Positions 61,522 to 64,000 of a DNA stretch of 64,000 nucleotides are shown one piece after another. This DNA comes from Fistulifera solaris (Eukaryota). Under the pieces are notes generated by a model that saw nothing but the letters and a program-made list of their open reading frames with translations, had not been told where the DNA came from and did not search any database. The position numbers and the translations under genes were made by a program. The stretch's first letter is position 1. The number at the start of each line of letters is the position of its first letter. The stretch lies in contig AP026138.1 of the NCBI GenBank assembly GCA_030295235.1, forward strand, positions 496,001 through 560,000. The letters run 5' to 3'.

Positions 61522-64000
61522 ATGAATGGAAACTACTTTTTCGACGAGAATTCGTCGACAGGATCGGCTGATCCTCCTTTGCCACTTGAATCGCCTACCA
61601 ACACATCGGTCGTGAATGAGGTAGAATCGGCGCCATCATTCTATCAACAAATGCAAAATGAAATACAGCTTCTGCGCAACAAAGTTGATAAACAACTGTC
61701 GGATATGGTTCTTTCTAGTACGCTTGAACTAAAGACGCTGACCGATCAAATGAAGATAATGAAGGAAAAGGATTCAGGTACTCCGACTCGACAATCTTCG
61801 CCTTTACGTCAAACTGTGCACCCGAACTCGCCAGGATCTTTACGAGATCTAGCAAGTCCGAGAAATCGACTTCCACAGTCAGTGTGCCATAAGTCTCACT
61901 CCAATGCGCTATCCGTCACATCGTCTGCGTCATCTCGTCTACGAGAAGATTTTTCTCGTGATATTACGGAGCCAACCACGAATTTATCCCGTCATGCTTC
62001 TCGTCAACAACGTCGTCGAGCTCAGTTTGAATCGCGTTCAACATCGTCGTCGACTTCATCGCGTCTGAACGAAGTAGTCTCTCATGATATCACCGAGCCA
62101 GTCGCGAATTTGACCCGCTATGCCAACCGTCGACAACGTGAAATGTTGCACGTACAAACGAGCGAACCAAGGACAGCAGTATCCTCCATGTCAGGTTCAG
62201 ACTCTTCTCCCATTTGTAAGGAAATAGTAATATCTTCGCGGAATAAGCCACCAGCTTTGCAGAGTCTGGCCAGTTCTCCGACTGAAAGGGTGTCGCACTC
62301 GCAAACGACCGCTTGGGACAAATTAATGAAGAGGAGAATGAAGATGAGAGTCTTGTTGAGCAGAGCGATCCAATGGAGTATCAAGAGATTCATGAAGTAA
62401 CACGGAAACAACAAAAAGGGCCCAAAAGGAAAAACAAAGAGCCGCTTTCCCAACCACCGAATGAAACATACCCATCGACGAGACGAGGGGCGGCTTACGA
62501 TAAATATCGGACTCTCAACAAGGAGACTCTTCTTCGTCCTTGGAGACAGAAAAAGAATAACCAACGCGATAATAGAAATGGCGGACAAGACGATGACATT
62601 GAGCCGGTGTCGCACATACAAAAGGACCATCACCAGAATACCAATTACGGACTACCCTTGGTTCAAATGGTGTCATCTGATGACGTATCCAATCCGCTTC
62701 CAGAAGAAACCCATGATCCGTCTCGTTCTTTGTCTCCAATTTATGACAAAGCACGAATTTCAGAGCAGTATATAGTTCCACCCGACAGTTCCAAAGAGCT
62801 CGACCAAAACGCAAATCTTGATAGTGGTCCGCTGTCTCCTGGTGAAAAGGTCTATCGCCAACACGAAAACACAACAGAGAGCGGACTAGGGGCACATTGG
62901 AGTTTATTCAGCATGGGAAAACGAAAATCGGAACCTTCGTTGGTGAATTATGAAGAAGAACTGGATCAATCGAAGGATGGGAGTCCGATCGGGTCAAAGG
63001 ATCAACGGTTGACTTCTCCAACATCACAGGCGAGACAAGAGTCCTCATCACCGTCCATCATCAAGAGGAACTCGCCAGAGCCGACCATGATGAATGAGAC
63101 TGCTCCACGACACAGTCTTTCTCCAAGTCAAAGCCCTGTAAGAAAAGATGCATCACCGTGGCAATCAGCTATACATGAGAGGGTATCAGCACCGATGCAA
63201 ACTCTGTTATGTGGAACAGGCTCGCTACCAATTTCTTCAGCGAATCAACTAGTAGTTTCACCCCGACAAACAATGGCATACCAGCTGCCGAGACAAGCTG
63301 CTGTAAGCAACAACTATTCCGAACCAGGGAGACAACTCAATGATCCACCCGATGCAAAGGTTTACGACCATGTGCTGCCTTCGACACAGTATGACCCGCC
63401 ACCCACTTCCATCAAAGGAGCAACCAAACGTTGCCGAACGCCAACCTGCTGCGCGCTGCCATGGCAACGTCCGAACAATGTGCTATAACCATATATCCTT
63501 CTACTGGTACGTATCATGACGCCATTGTTTTGAAAACATACAATGAAGAGAAGAAAGAAGAGGAATCGACTCTTGCGTTTCGATCCAAGGGTGAAAGGAG
63601 GGTTCGATTGGAGCAAGTGGAAACCAAAACAGTGCAGGATCCGTATGGTGACTATGGTGTGTACACGGGGCTACTTCTGAAAGGTCTGCCTTATGGACAA
63701 GGTACGATGGCGTACGCCGATGGACGTACCTATGTAGGTGAATGGAAGAGTGGTCGATGGCACGGCCAGGGGAAAACCACATTTAGTAACGGTGACGTTT
63801 ATATTGGCCAATACTATATGGATAAACGACACGGTTTTGGTCGTTATGAGTGGGTCGACGGTCGCATTTATGACGGTGAATTTAGAAATGATCAAAGGGA
63901 AGGAAAAGGAACATATAGTTTTCCAGATTCGTCGGTGTATTCCGGAGATTTCCACAAGGGATTGCGACATGGACAAGGGTGTTACAAATTTGCGGACTCG
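61522..64000 (+). CDS. MORN-repeat protein, frameshifted, 3'-truncated by the window edge
   Basis: Long Ser/Pro-rich ORFs, then from ~63640 DPYGDYGVYTG...LPYGQGTMAYADGRTYVGEWKSGRWHGQGKTTFSNGDVYIGQYYMDKRHGFGRYEWVDGRIYDGEF. Confidence 0.8.

Overview
Gene-dense eukaryotic nuclear DNA with short (62-102 bp) GT-AG introns. A silicon transporter (SIT), a silaffin-like RXL polyprotein, bipartite 'SAF/AAF' plastid presequences and a signal-peptide-bearing Cdc48 point to a diatom (inference; species not identifiable). About 26 genes are visible, including PRIM1, Obg, SELMA-type Cdc48, GT90, IspE, a Nup153-like nucleoporin, GOS1, S-formylglutathione hydrolase, TEX10/IPI1, DBP8, FKBP, HemE, Sec16, an HMG-box protein, SIT and two MORN proteins. 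Many conserved genes are split by single-base indels, mostly in homopolymer runs, most likely long-read assembly errors. Accessory content: a TA-flanked DD39D mariner (54849-56879), a TA-flanked ~205 bp palindrome-rich tandem array with inverted ends (37204-39114), a dapA gene relic, a GC-rich structured-RNA candidate (54358-54511) and three intergenic patches packed with unrelated 7-bp tandem duplications. The most interesting coding items are a 13-unit His/acidic/Lys RXL polyprotein, a Sec16 with 13 WW domains, an FKBP with an inserted SAM domain and an RNF126-like ligase with an inserted PA domain. All assignments are by eye from motifs; no searches were run.
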